Shown here one piece after another: positions 52,919-64,000 of a DNA stretch of 64,000 bases (position 1 is its first letter; each line of letters starts with the position of its first letter). Both the position numbers and the translations under genes were made by a program. Source of the DNA: Felis catus (lineage: Eukaryota); NCBI RefSeq assembly GCF_018350175.1, contig NC_058383.1, positions 4,464,001 to 4,528,000 on the forward strand, given 5' to 3'. The notes beneath the pieces are model-generated. The model ran no database searches, was not told the DNA's origin, and saw only the letters and a program-made list of their open reading frames with translations.

Positions 52919-53773
52919 TGTTTCTTTCACTAAAAGTGCAACGAGTTCTTGATCTACCTCAGTAGCTTCATGCCCCCAAAGGTTTTCCAAATTGGGCTCC
53001 TGAGATCCTTGTAGTGGAAAGGCTGGCCCGGGCTCCTCATCATCTATTGCTAACTGCTGGTCTTCAAGCTCTCCTAGAGGATGGCCAGGCTGCGGAGAGG
53101 AGGGGCCCGGAATCCCATCCTGCTGGGGTTCTGGTCTCGGAAAAGCCGGCCTTGGAAAAGCCAGCCCTGGGGGCTCACGCTGATACAACAATGGGCCTGG
53201 TTCTGCTTCGCGCTGCCGCTCCTGAGGAACCACCTGGTTTGTTATCTCCCGGGGCTGCTGGTTTAGGGACTGGAAGTAACGATGGTCTAACCAGCAGCCT
53301 TCTTCGATGACCTGATCATCCAGGATACCAGGTGATTCTCCAAAGTTTGATAAAAGCTCTGTTTCTGAATCAGATGACTGGTTCTGAGAGTCCAAAGGAT
53401 CGCCTTCTGGTAAAAGAAGGCCACGTTCTTCCAAGATAACGATTTTCTGCTCTGATCTGGGGTTGACAATGTCATTTGCTACTTGGTTATGACTTGGTCC
53501 AGGTTTGGGTTCTCTTTCTGTTTGGCCACTTGGCTTAATGAATTCAGAAACTCCAGGAGGCCCAAGATCCAGAAATTCACCGTAGTCATCTTCAGAATCA
53601 TCCTGTGCCCCAGAATCAAACAATGAGCTGTTACACACTGAAAAATAGCCGTTCTTATCTGATTCAAAGGCTGCTCTAGACTTTTTAGGCCTTTCTTCTC
53701 CCAATCTTTTGAGATCTTGCCACTGGGCAGCTGGTTTGATGAGATTGGGTCGTGATGTCTGAGGTTTATTTGT
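52919..53773 (-). CDS. RNF216: RNF216 exon 4, long form (855 nt): [29 protein letters not shown]...[12 protein letters not shown]; short form is 52919..53602
   Basis: Acceptor tttttttAG at 53774-53775, donor GTAAGT ending 52913. Overlaps the 270-aa ORF 52892..53704. Acidic and Pro-rich. Confidence 0.97.
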
Positions 53774-54079
53774 CTAAAAAAAATTAAATTTTAATAATAA
53801 TAATTCAATTTCTTTCCTATGTCTTTGTCTCCTTGTGTACTTATGTTGAGCTTCTGAGACAGGACAGGAAAGAAACAAAACCCCAAACACCCTAACCCAC
53901 AAAACCTATTTTTCCCAATAGTGATCTTAACACCGAAATTTGATCACATTATAGTAATTCTAAGAATCAAAGTAGCCATTCATAGATTGGAACCTGAGTT
54001 ATAGTTTGAATTATAATCTCACCTGAAACCACTAAAAAGTAGCTATGAAGTAGAGGAAGTAATGAAGGAATGACAACAC

Positions 54080-54653
54080 AGTAGGAGTGTTCAATAAACA
54101 TGAAAAGAATCTAAACTTCATTAGTTACTACCAAAATATAAATTAAAAAAGATCCCCCCCCCCATAAGACTGGCAAACTTTTTAGTTAGATAATATCAAG
54201 TACTGATAAGGATGTGGGAAAACTCTCGTGCTATTATGGTGAATTTAGGACAGCAATTTGGAATTATTTATTAAATTAAAAAATGTATATAGCCTTAGCA
54301 GCTTTAAGTGTAACCTTTTCCTATCTATCCCATGAACCCTTATGTATCTACAGGGGACATATAAAAAGATATTCACTGCCACATTGCTTATAACAAAAAG
54401 AAAAAAAAAACAACAAAAGCAGACATTCTAAAGTTTATGCCCAAGAAATTAAGTCAACTATTATCTATTCTACAAAATATTCTCCCAACTCCCCTCCCCC
54501 AAAAGAGGTAGCTCTGTATGTACTGAAATGAAAAGCTCACTAAGAAATGTCATTAAGTGAAAAAAGTTGTAAAACAACACAAACACAGAATGATTATTTT
54601 AAAAAATCAAAACACAAGACATAAACATAACCACTTCTAAAAGCATATATGTG

Positions 54654-54687
<34 letters not shown>

Positions 54688-54800
54688 AAAGAAAATGATC
54701 TGGAAGAAAACATGTCAAACTGATAACAGCAATTCCTCAGGGAAATCTCTGGAGAGGAAGGGGCTGCTGAAAAGAGACTTTAGTTTACCTGGATTGTTTG
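54080..54800 (+). mobile_element. Old L1ME-like 3' fragment containing (CA)n at about 54655-54685
   Basis: actggcaaac...gataaggatgtggga, atattcactgccacattgcttataac motifs; CA run. Confidence 0.6.
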
Positions 54801-55558
54801 AATTTCACGTGTTACTTGTAAATGTAAAAAATTGAAAAGGATGTCTATTTTTAAGGGAGCAGAATACAGATGCCTTTGACCCTTCTCTTCTCTGAAATCA
54901 CCCTGTCCCAGGGAGGAGAATGAGACACAACTGAAAATGTCTGATGAAACCAGCAGACATCTGTAATCCCCAATCATAACATATATGAGGAGCAGAAAAA
55001 TGCAGTGAGGGAAGCACAACCACAGATTTCAGGCAAAGCAGAGAAAGCATCAGAAAGGCAGAGATTTTTCCAAAAAAGGTGGTGTGCCCTGGAAGGGCAA
55101 AACCAATACCTTGTTTGGAACAAAGGGCACCTCTACCCCATTCGGCAGCGAGGAGTTTCTGAGGAGGTTGGACTGTACAAGGACAAACACCTCTGTTGAA
55201 AGGTAGGATATCAAAGAGACAGGATGGACAGAACTTTGAAATGGGCGTCTCTGGAATCAGCAATCTCTGCCAGGTGGTAAAAAGTGAAGGGTAAATAAAC
55301 CTACGTGCATGTGCACAAACACCACCCTGCCTACACACACACACACACCCTCTGTTTTAAGAGGGAGAGCTCTTGCTAGCCAAGAACAGTGCCTGAGCCC
55401 CTTCCCAACACAATTGCCTACAAAGAGCTGGTTCTGGAAAACTTCAGCTTCATTCAAAATTGAGTAACAAAAATCAACTAGAAACTATATAAAGATACCC
55501 AACTTAAAAAAAAAAGAAATGGCAGATGAAGAACATAATTAGAAAATTAGTACTACAT

Positions 55559-55757
55559 GGGCACCTGGGTGGCTCAGTTGGTTCCAAGTGTCTGACTTCG
55601 GCCTGGGTCATGATCTCACGGTTAGTGAGTTCAAGCCCCTGCATCAGGCTCGCTGCTGTCAGCACAGAGCCCACTTTGGATCCTCTTGTCTCCCTCTCTC
55701 TGCTCCCGCACGCTCTCCCTCTCTCTCTCGAAAATAAACATTTAAAAAATAAAATAA
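55559..55757 (+). mobile_element. CanSINE
   Basis: gggcacctgggtggctcag head; A tail. Confidence 0.9.
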
Positions 55758-57319
55758 AGTAGTCAAAGAGAAAACAGTAAATTGAATGAGAAGTCAGAAG
55801 AAAACAGCCTAAATAAGGCACAGATACAAAATGATTGAAAATTAGGTAAGAAAACAGTAGAAATAAAGAATATAGCAGAAAAAAAGGTTTTACCATCTAT
55901 GTAAGTGAGTTCTGAAAGAAAAGAGACATAAGCAGTATTTGGAAACAAAATACAAATATCCAAGGACAGTGCTTGATTTGTTTTAAAGACCTCAGCAGGA
56001 TGAATTAAAAAACCCCAAACAACAGAAACCTAACAATAGCACCGCAAGACTTCAGAAATCAAATACAAGATAAATTCTTAAAAGCAGCAGCACATATTGC
56101 CTTCCAAAGATAAAGACTGACTTTTCAACATAAAAATGAAAGCCAGAAAACAATGGAATGTTATTCCATTGTTTTCTGACTTTCAGCTTTCTAGTGTTAA
56201 AGGCAAGTAACTGCCACAAAGAATTTTATATTCAATGAAAATATCAGATTTACTGTAAAGGAAATCCTAAACACTGTTCTTGAGATAGAAGAATAATCTG
56301 TTTGTAAGGCCAGAGATGCAGAAAGGAATGAAGAGCAACAAGAAAGGTAAATATTTGGAGAAGATGGAAGTGAATGCCGATTGTATAAAATCAAGAACGC
56401 ATTGTGTAGGGTTTTAAAAATGTATACACAATTAAAGTATACTTAAAAAATATGTAAGTTGGGAGATGAGTAAGTAGAATTCAAGTGTTCTAAAGTCTTT
56501 ACATTATCTAGGAAGACTTTAAAGCACTAATCTATATTAGCGCTGAGGCTTCTACCTGCCCTTAAAATAGATCATATGTTAGACGTGACACCAAAAACAA
56601 TTGACAAAAGAATAAGCTGAATTTCATCAAAGTTTAAAACTGTTATAAAAGCTTCAAAGAAAAAAAAAAAGCTTCAAAGGACACTATCAAATAATAAAAA
56701 GACAATTCACAGAATGAGAGAAAATCAGGTATTTGATAAGGGTACAGTACCCAGAATATATAAAAATTCAATAATATAAAGATAACCCTTTTTAAAAATG
56801 GGCACGGGGTGGGGGGTGGCGGCACCTGGGTGGCTCAGTCAGTTAAGCGTTGGACTTCGGCTCAGGTCACGAACTCACAGTTGGTGGGTTCAAGCCTGAC
56901 ACTGGGGACTGTGCTGACAGCTCGAAGCCTGGTGCCTCCTTCGGATTCTGTGTCTCCTTCTCTCTCTCTGTCCCTCCCCTGCTTGTGCTCTTCCTCTCTC
57001 AAAAATAAATAAACATTAAAAAAATGGGCACAGGATCTGCATAAGCATTTCTCCAAAGTAGATAAACAAATGGCCAATAAGCACATCAAAAGAGGCTAAA
57101 TATCATTAGCCCCAGGGAAATGCAAATCAAAAGTATGAGATACCACGTATAATGAAAAAGATCTATACTATACTAACAATTGTCTGAGAGAACATGGAGA
57201 AACTGGGAACTGTCATACGCCGCCAGAGGAATGTACAACAGTGCAGCTGCTCTGGAAGACAGTCTAGGAGAGCAAAGCACAGTTACCATATGATCCAGCA
57301 ATTCCATTCCTAGGTGTAT

Positions 57320-57614
57320 GATTTCTATGGTCTGAATGTCTGGGTCTCCCTTCTCCACCCTAACGAACCTGAACAAATGGGATCGGTGCCTTTATGGGAA
57401 AGGCTCCAGAGAGATCCCCTGCGTCTTCCACCACATGAAGCCACAGTGAGAAGTGCTACCTATGAACCAGAAAGAAGACCTTCACCAGAACACAACCATG
57501 CGGGAACCCTGATCCTGGACTTCCAGCCTCCATAACTGTGAGCATTAAATTTTTGGTGTTTATAAACTACCCAGTCAGTGGTATTTTATTATAGCAGCCA
57601 GAATGGACTAAGAC
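57320..57614 (+). mobile_element. MLT1A/MST-like (ERVL-MaLR) solo LTR
   Basis: ctatggtctgaatgt...cctgatcctggacttccagcctccataactgtgag...ttatagcagccagaatggactaagaca. Confidence 0.85.
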
Positions 57615-58075
57615 AATCAAGAGAAACAAAAAGGTATGTCCACACAAAAACTGCTACGTGAATGTTCATGGCAGCATTATTCATAAGAGCAACAGGTGGA
57701 AGCATCCCAAATGTCCATCAATTGATGAATGGATAAACATGTGGTACATCCGCACAATGAAATATTATTCAGCAATAAAAAGGAATAAAGTACTGATTTA
57801 TGGCAGATGAATCTTGAAGACATTATGCTAAATGAAAGCTGGTCACAAAGGATCACATATTGTACGATTCCATTCATATGAAATGTCCATAAGAAGCACG
57901 TATATAGAGACAGGAAATAAATCAGTGATTGCCTAGCGTGGCGGTGGGGAGGGAATTAGGATTCACTGCTAATGGGCACAGGGTTTCCTTTCGGGAGAAT
58001 GAAAATGTCTTAAAATCGACTGTGTTGATCGGTACAAAACTCTGTAAATAAACTAACAACTACTGAACTGTACCC

Positions 58076-58535
58076 TTTTTTTTTTATAATGTTTATTCAT
58101 TTTTTTGAGAGAGAGACACAGAGTGTGAATGGGGGAGGGGCAGAGAGAGAGGGAGACACAGAATCCGAAGCAGGCTCCAGGCTCTAAACTGGCAGCATAG
58201 AGCCTGACACAGGGCTCAAACTCACAATCTTTTTTTTTTTTTTAATTTTTTTTTTTAACGTTTATTTATCTTTGAGAGAGAGAGAGAGAGACAGAGCATG
58301 AACGGGGGAGGGTCAGAGAGAGGGAGACACAAAATCTGAAACAGGCTCCAGGCTCTGAGCTATCAGCACAGAGCCCGACGCGGGGCTCAAACTCACGGAC
58401 CGTGAGATCATGACCTGAGCCGAAGTCGGCCGCTTAACTGACTGAGCCACCCAGGCGCCCCTCAAACTCACAATCTTGAGATCATGACCTGAGCCGAAAT
58501 CGGAGGCTTAACTGACTGAGCTACCCAGGCGCCCC
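58076..58535 (-). mobile_element. CanSINE with a younger SINEC_Fc nested inside (58232-58460)
   Basis: Outer element is split at the duplicated ctcaaactcacaatctt. Confidence 0.93.
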
Positions 58536-58599
58536 TGAACTGCACGCTTTAAACGGAAGAACTGTATGGTATGTGAGTTAGATCTCAAAAAAGTTGTTT

Positions 58600-59048
58600 A
58601 AAAAAAATTTTTTTTTTAATATTTGAGAGAGACAGAGACAGAGACAGAGCGTGAAGCAAGGGAGGGGCAGAGGGGAAAGAGAGACACAGAATCCGAAGCA
58701 GGCTCCAGGCCCTAGACCCTGAACTGTCAGCACAAAGCCCGACGTGGGGCTTGAACTCGCAAACTGTGAGATCGTGACCTGAGCTGAAGTTGGATGCTTA
58801 ACTGCCTGAGCCACCCAGGCACCCCATCAAAAAACTTGTTGTTGTTGTTTCTTATTACTAAGTTTATTTATTTGAGAGAGAGAGCAAGCTGAGGAGGGGC
58901 AGAGAGAGGGAGGGGGAGAGAATCCCAAACAGGCTTCACACTGCTAGCGAGGAGCTCGAAGCGGGGCTCGAACTCACGAACTGTGAGATCATGACCCAAG
59001 CGGAAATCTAGAGTTGGATGCTTGACTGACTGAGCCACCCAGGCACCC
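58600..59048 (-). mobile_element. Two tandem CanSINEs (58600-58825, 58860-59048)
   Basis: Two reverse heads ccacccaggcaccc. Confidence 0.9.
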
Positions 59049-59084
59049 AAAAAAGTTGTTTTAAAAAAGGAGAGAGAAAGATCC

Positions 59085-59300
59085 TATGTAGAAGTCCTGA
59101 AGAGAGCAATGTCTGCCAGCCTCCAGCTGCTCCAGTCCCCTGCTGCCCAGCTCCAGAACCATCTGACAACAGTCACATGAGCCAGAACCAACCAGCTGAG
59201 CCCTTCTCAAATTCCTGATCCACAGAAACAAACGACTGCAGCTGTCTTAAGCCATTAAGTTTTGAGGTGATACATTACATGGCAATAAGTAACCAGAATA
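59085..59300 (+). mobile_element. MLT1-type LTR 3' fragment
   Basis: ccagctgagcccttctcaaattcctgatccacagaaac...ttaagccattaagttttgaggtg...gcaataagtaaccagaata. Confidence 0.7.
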
Positions 59301-61480
59301 ATAATTAATATAAAAGGATAAAAGAAGAATGAATAACTCAAGAAGTTAGTAAAAGGACCATAAGATAAATGCTAAGGAAGTATGTTAAATATACTAAAGC
59401 AGAAGAAAAGCATTGAAGAGAAAAACAGAAACTGATTAGTAAGAAAACAAATGGTAGCACTATGAAATAAATCTCAAAGCAATTTCTTTGGTAAAAGAGT
59501 AAGGGAAGAGGGGAGGAAGGAAGATAATGGTTAGTTCATTAAATCAGGAAAAAGGGGATAAAACACAAGTACACAAAACAGAAAAGGAAAATGGAGATCA
59601 GAGGATGTAGAACCATAGATCAGAGGATGTAGAAAGAACAGGTTATTTTGTTTTACTAAATACACTAAAAAACCTTGAAGAAATTATTTTGTAGGAAAAT
59701 ATCCATTATTATACCAAAAAACTGGTATTAAAAGTAACAGAGAATATAGACATGTCAGTGACCACAGAGGAAGCTGAGATAGTTTCAAAGAACTGACCTC
59801 TAAGAAAAGCAACAGCCCCAAATGCCTGTATGATAAATTCAGGTAACTCCAATGTTATTTCAAATAGTGTAACAAAGCACAGAAGAACAAAGAAAACTTC
59901 TAAATTCTTTTCATGAAGTCAGAATCAATCACGTTTATAAAAAACCTGTCAAGGATAGCACAGGCACACACATACATCCATGGGCCAATCTCACTTATGA
60001 GATCTATGAAGAAAACCTTAAGTAAAATCTCATCAAATGGAATTCAAGAGCATACTACCATTACATTACAATACTATTCCGAAGTAGTCTATCCAGAGAC
60101 AGCAGAATAATTTACCTTAACAGATGAAAGAAAATCCTATGATAATCTGCACAGATGCTGAAACAGAATTTGACAGAATTCTATATTCACTCATAATAAA
60201 AACTTAAAGAAGAGGGGCACCTGGGTGGCTCAGTTGGAGGAGCGCCCGACTTCAGCTCAGGTCATGATCTCATGGTTTGAGTTCGAGCCCGACATCGGGC
60301 TCTCTGCTGTCAGCACAGGTCCTGCTTAGGATCCTCTGTCACCCTTTCTCTCTGCCCCTCCCCCACTGACATTTTTTCTCTCTCTCTCAAAAATAAATAA
60401 GCATTAAAAAAAAAAAACAACCTTAAAATAGATGGCTCCTTCCTTAATGTACTTTAAAAATGGTATCTCAAGCAAAAACCACCATCACAATTAGCGAAGA
60501 AACATTGGAAGTATTCCCATTTAGAGGAACCTGGGTGGCTCAGTCAGTTAAGCATCTGCATGATCCCACAGTTCGTGAGTTCGAGCCCTGCATCAGGCTC
60601 TGTGCTGACAGCTCAGAGCCTGGAGCCTGCTTGGTATTCTGTGTCTCCCTCTCTCTCTGCCCCATCCGCACTCATGCTCTGTCTCTGTCTTAAAAATAAA
60701 TAAAACATTAAAAAAAAATTTTTTTTAATGAATAGTAAAAAAAATTTTTGTAAATCAAAAGTAAAAAAAATAATTACTCCCATTTATGTCAGTTGGTATT
60801 TTTCTCATTCCTATTACCACTATTAAGGTATAATTTAATTAGGTAAGAGAAAAATATAAAAACTGGAAAGGGAGAAACTGCAAGTATCTTTATTTCCAGC
60901 TAGATCAGATGCCATCCCTTGAGAAGTTAATAGGGTCAACTGAAAAACAACTACAGACAATAAAAATAAGGTGACCTGAGTATGAAATTATCATAAAACC
61001 CAACAGACTCTTCAACTAAAAAAGAAAAATGGTTAAAAGGAACAGTGGGAAAAAAGATGCCATTTACAAAAGCGACAGAAAAGAGAAAATAACCAGAAAG
61101 AAACAACAAAAAATGTTTAAGATTTATAGTAAGAAAAATTCAGAACACTCTGGCTGAGGGATATAAAGGAAGTCCAGACCGAATGGAAGGAGAAAGTTAG
61201 AAAGGGTCAGTATTATAAAAATTGTTCTGTAAACTTAACAATAACATGTGTTCTGAATTTATCTACCTTTTGGAATTAGAAAAGCTGACCTCAAGATCTG
61301 TATAAAAATAGCACAAAAACATCCAGGATGATTCTGAAAAATGTAGAGTTACAAAGGGGAGATAAACACTACCTGATATTAAGACGCATGATAAGATTTA
61401 GTGATTACAACAATGCAGACTCATGCACAAATAGAGCCAATAGTGCAGAAGTCCGGAAACAGACCAAAACATACGGCCTC
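59300..61480 (+). mobile_element. Very old L1 ORF2 relic interrupted by CanSINEs (60213-60416, 60525-60718)
   Basis: A-rich, with ORF2-like motifs ggccaatctcacttatga, cagatgctgaaacagaatttgacagaattc and cactacctgatattaagac. Confidence 0.7.
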
Positions 61481-61685
61481 TAAAGCTATGGGGACACTGG
61501 GCGGGGTAAAAAGGTACTGCTCTCAGAGATGCAGGGTGACAGCACACATGCAGCGGCACAGGCTGCACGAGCGAGCGGTGCTCTCAGGTGTCCTACAAGG
61601 CCCTACCTCCCACTGCCCTGGGGCTGAAGAATCAGATCACTAACTTGCAATGATGCCTCATCAGGGTAAGTTTAAGAAAACTCAC

Positions 61686-61819
61686 TTCCGTCAGGATGAC
61701 ATCATCATCCAGGTCCTCTTCGTCATGTTGCTGAGGAGCTGGGGTGACCAGCATGGGAACCCCTTCCTCATCAGAGGAGTCAGATATGGTGATGGGTCCA
61801 TCTCTGAGATTGATCCAGT
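61686..61819 (-). CDS. RNF216: RNF216 exon 3 (134 nt): (D)[44 protein letters not shown]
   Basis: Acceptor cctccttttAG, donor GTGAGT. Lies inside ORF 61632..61862. Contains SIM-like hydrophobic cores next to acidic runs ([18 protein letters not shown]). Confidence 0.97.
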
Positions 61820-62321
61820 CTAAAAGGAGGCAGAGAACACGTTTACCAGGAGGCGGGCACAATCACATTCAGTCTTTTAATTCAATTTTGGCATAAAAAG
61901 GGTCAAGCCTAAAGCCAAGCTACTGGTATGTTAGCTTATCTCCTCAAGCAGCATGTGCACCCAAATATTAACAGCCAGGTTTCCATGGAGATCTTCGTAA
62001 TAATACACTTTGGGAATCCAAAGAAATAATCTGACAGTATTATCAACTTTTTCTTATACAAGGTTGGAAAAATCTGTTGATAAAATCCTCACTGCAAATT
62101 TTTAAAAAGTGAAATCACGGTCTCCCCCTCATCTCTACTCCTCCCAGGGAATAAACATTGTTTTATTTAACGGATCGGTCTGAAAAAACTTTCACTCAAA
62201 CACGGTAAAATTTCATTTAATATTTAAAATATCAAAATTTACTCACCTTAGACATAAACCTTAAAAATCATTTATGCAAACACAGTTGAGTGTTTTATTT
62301 TTTTAAATTTTTATTAGGAAA

Positions 62322-62540
62322 AATTTTTTTTTTACATTTTATTTATTTTTGAGAAACAGAGTGAGACAAAGCGTGAGTGGGGGAGGGGCAGAGAGAGAAG
62401 GAGACAGAATCTGAAGCAGCCTCCAGGCTCTGAGCAAGCAGTCAGCACAGAGCCTGATGCGGGGCTTGAACCCACAAACTGTGAGATCACGACCTGAACC
62501 GAAGTCGGACGCTCAACCGACTGAGCCACCCAGGCGCCCC
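62322..62540 (-). mobile_element. CanSINE
   Basis: Full body; flanking cacagttgagtgtttta occurs on both sides. Confidence 0.92.
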
Positions 62541-64000
62541 ACAGTTGAGTGTTTTAAACACCATTTAGTATCCATGACGGTAAACAACAGAACTTTCCTA
62601 ATTTCCTTTTAAATACAACTATCCGGATTACTATATGTTCAAAGTTTCTAACTTTTTTTTTTGTCTGAAGATAGAGCGTGTCCAATTTGAATCACTGAAT
62701 AACACAAACTGTTAATTTTTTCCTGCCTGACCCAGGGGAATGTTAAAGCTTAAAAGAAGCAACGAAGAGAAAATGCATTCAGTGTCCTAGAGAAAAGGTT
62801 AGGGGGGAGAAAAAACAAAACGAGAAAAGAGGCATCATCATTACAAACACTGAAATTTTTCCATTAAAGCTCTAATATCTTTCTCAAGGTTAACGCCTCA
62901 TTTATTTTTATGGCACCCAACAATTTGAACAGCAATCTGAGGTCAATTATCTCACATGATTCATCCCTGTGACAGAGCTGTGGGGACAGCAGTTTAAAGC
63001 AGGTAAGTCTGTAAAATCTAAGCTTCGACCTCCGAGGTCCAAGTCTCTGCTCTACCATATGCCAGCCATATGAGGCTGTTATCGAACTTCAGCAAGCATC
63101 CACTTCTTCAACATTAAAAAAGGTTAGTGCAGAAGGCTCAAACCCGCAGCCTGCAGGGGGGACAACCAACCAGAGCTGGCCTAATACATGCTGCAGAATT
63201 CTAGATTTTCCTGAATGTTCTCAATCATTATATGCCTTTGGTCATTTCCAGTCATTAAATGGCTGTTTTTGACAATTTTGTCTCATTTTATCACTGGTTT
63301 TGGGGAGAGAATTTGCCAAGCTCCTCGGCCACTCCAAAAACCCCACCCTGAGGAGGTCCGTTGTGAAGAGACGTTGAGGCAGAGTACTAGACACCAGGCA
63401 CGGGGTCAAGAGAGGAAAGAGGTGCCCGTGAAATAGAATAACGAACGAGGCCCTGGATGCTTTCTGTTGCTTAGCTCCCAGAATGCTGGCAGCCAGTCTT
63501 AGATTCCATATGCAGGAAACTGTAGACTCCTCTCTGGAAGAACTGGTCCAAGAAAAAAAAAACACTTAGAGACCACCTTGGAAGACCCAATGAAAAAGCT
63601 GGCTTGAAGCTTCTCACCTCATAGCGAGGTCCAATGGTTGGCAAAATACTCCCCCAGCACACCATGTATAAACACGTTAGCTTTGAAAAAAAATAGTTTA
63701 AAAAACTAAAGTGTAACAAAGTCTACGAATCAAAAATATAACTTCATGAATACAAAAGGCCCACAACTGGATGACCATCACCAAGGTCAGTAAATACAAC
63801 ATTTCGAGTACATTAAAAGCTTCCTGACTCCACAGACTAGTTGTGTCTGTTTCTGAGTATGCATTCATTTCTGGCTTTCTTGCAAATACTGGTTCCACGT
63901 ATCCATGTGGTGGCATGTGCAGCAGCTCTCTCTGCTATCCGCAGTCCACCACGTGACAACATTACAAGTTATTTATTCTTCTGTCAATGGACTTTTGGGT

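Larger units (their letters stand above)
56560..58600 (+). mobile_element. L1M ORF2 end and 3' UTR, interrupted by a SINE (56819-57022), an MLT1 LTR and nested SINEs
   Basis: aaatggccaataagcacat...gggaaatgcaaatcaaa; ccatatgatccagcaattccattcctaggt; cccaaatgtccatcaattgatgaatggataaac. Confidence 0.88.

Overview
Eukaryotic DNA, almost certainly felid given the dense SINEC_Fc-type CanSINEs. The whole window lies inside one minus-strand gene, RNF216 (TRIAD3, an RBR-family E3 ubiquitin ligase). I reconstructed 11 consecutive coding exons between 61819 and 24058. They total 2006 nt, splice in one frame with no stops, and run from the acidic SIM-bearing N-terminus through RING1 into the start of the IBR. 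The start-codon exon lies beyond 64000, and the remaining IBR/RING2 exons lie below position 1. Bases 1-24057 are part of one large intron. The rest is intronic: about 44 CanSINEs, L1, L2/MIR, MLT1 LTR and hAT DNA-transposon relics, and microsatellites. Almost all supplied ORFs are spurious or repeat-derived. I found no evidence of a novel multi-gene system. The best second-look items are a GC-AG intron, an in-frame alternative acceptor (57 aa), a candidate tailed-mirtron hairpin at the exon 13 acceptor, a 23-bp palindrome, a 51-bp unique-sequence direct repeat, a 15-bp coding duplication, an L1 with an apparent SINE-mediated deletion, and nested SINE insertions. Exon numbers follow my recollection of the human gene. 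Repeat subfamily names and repeat boundaries are by eye and approximate.
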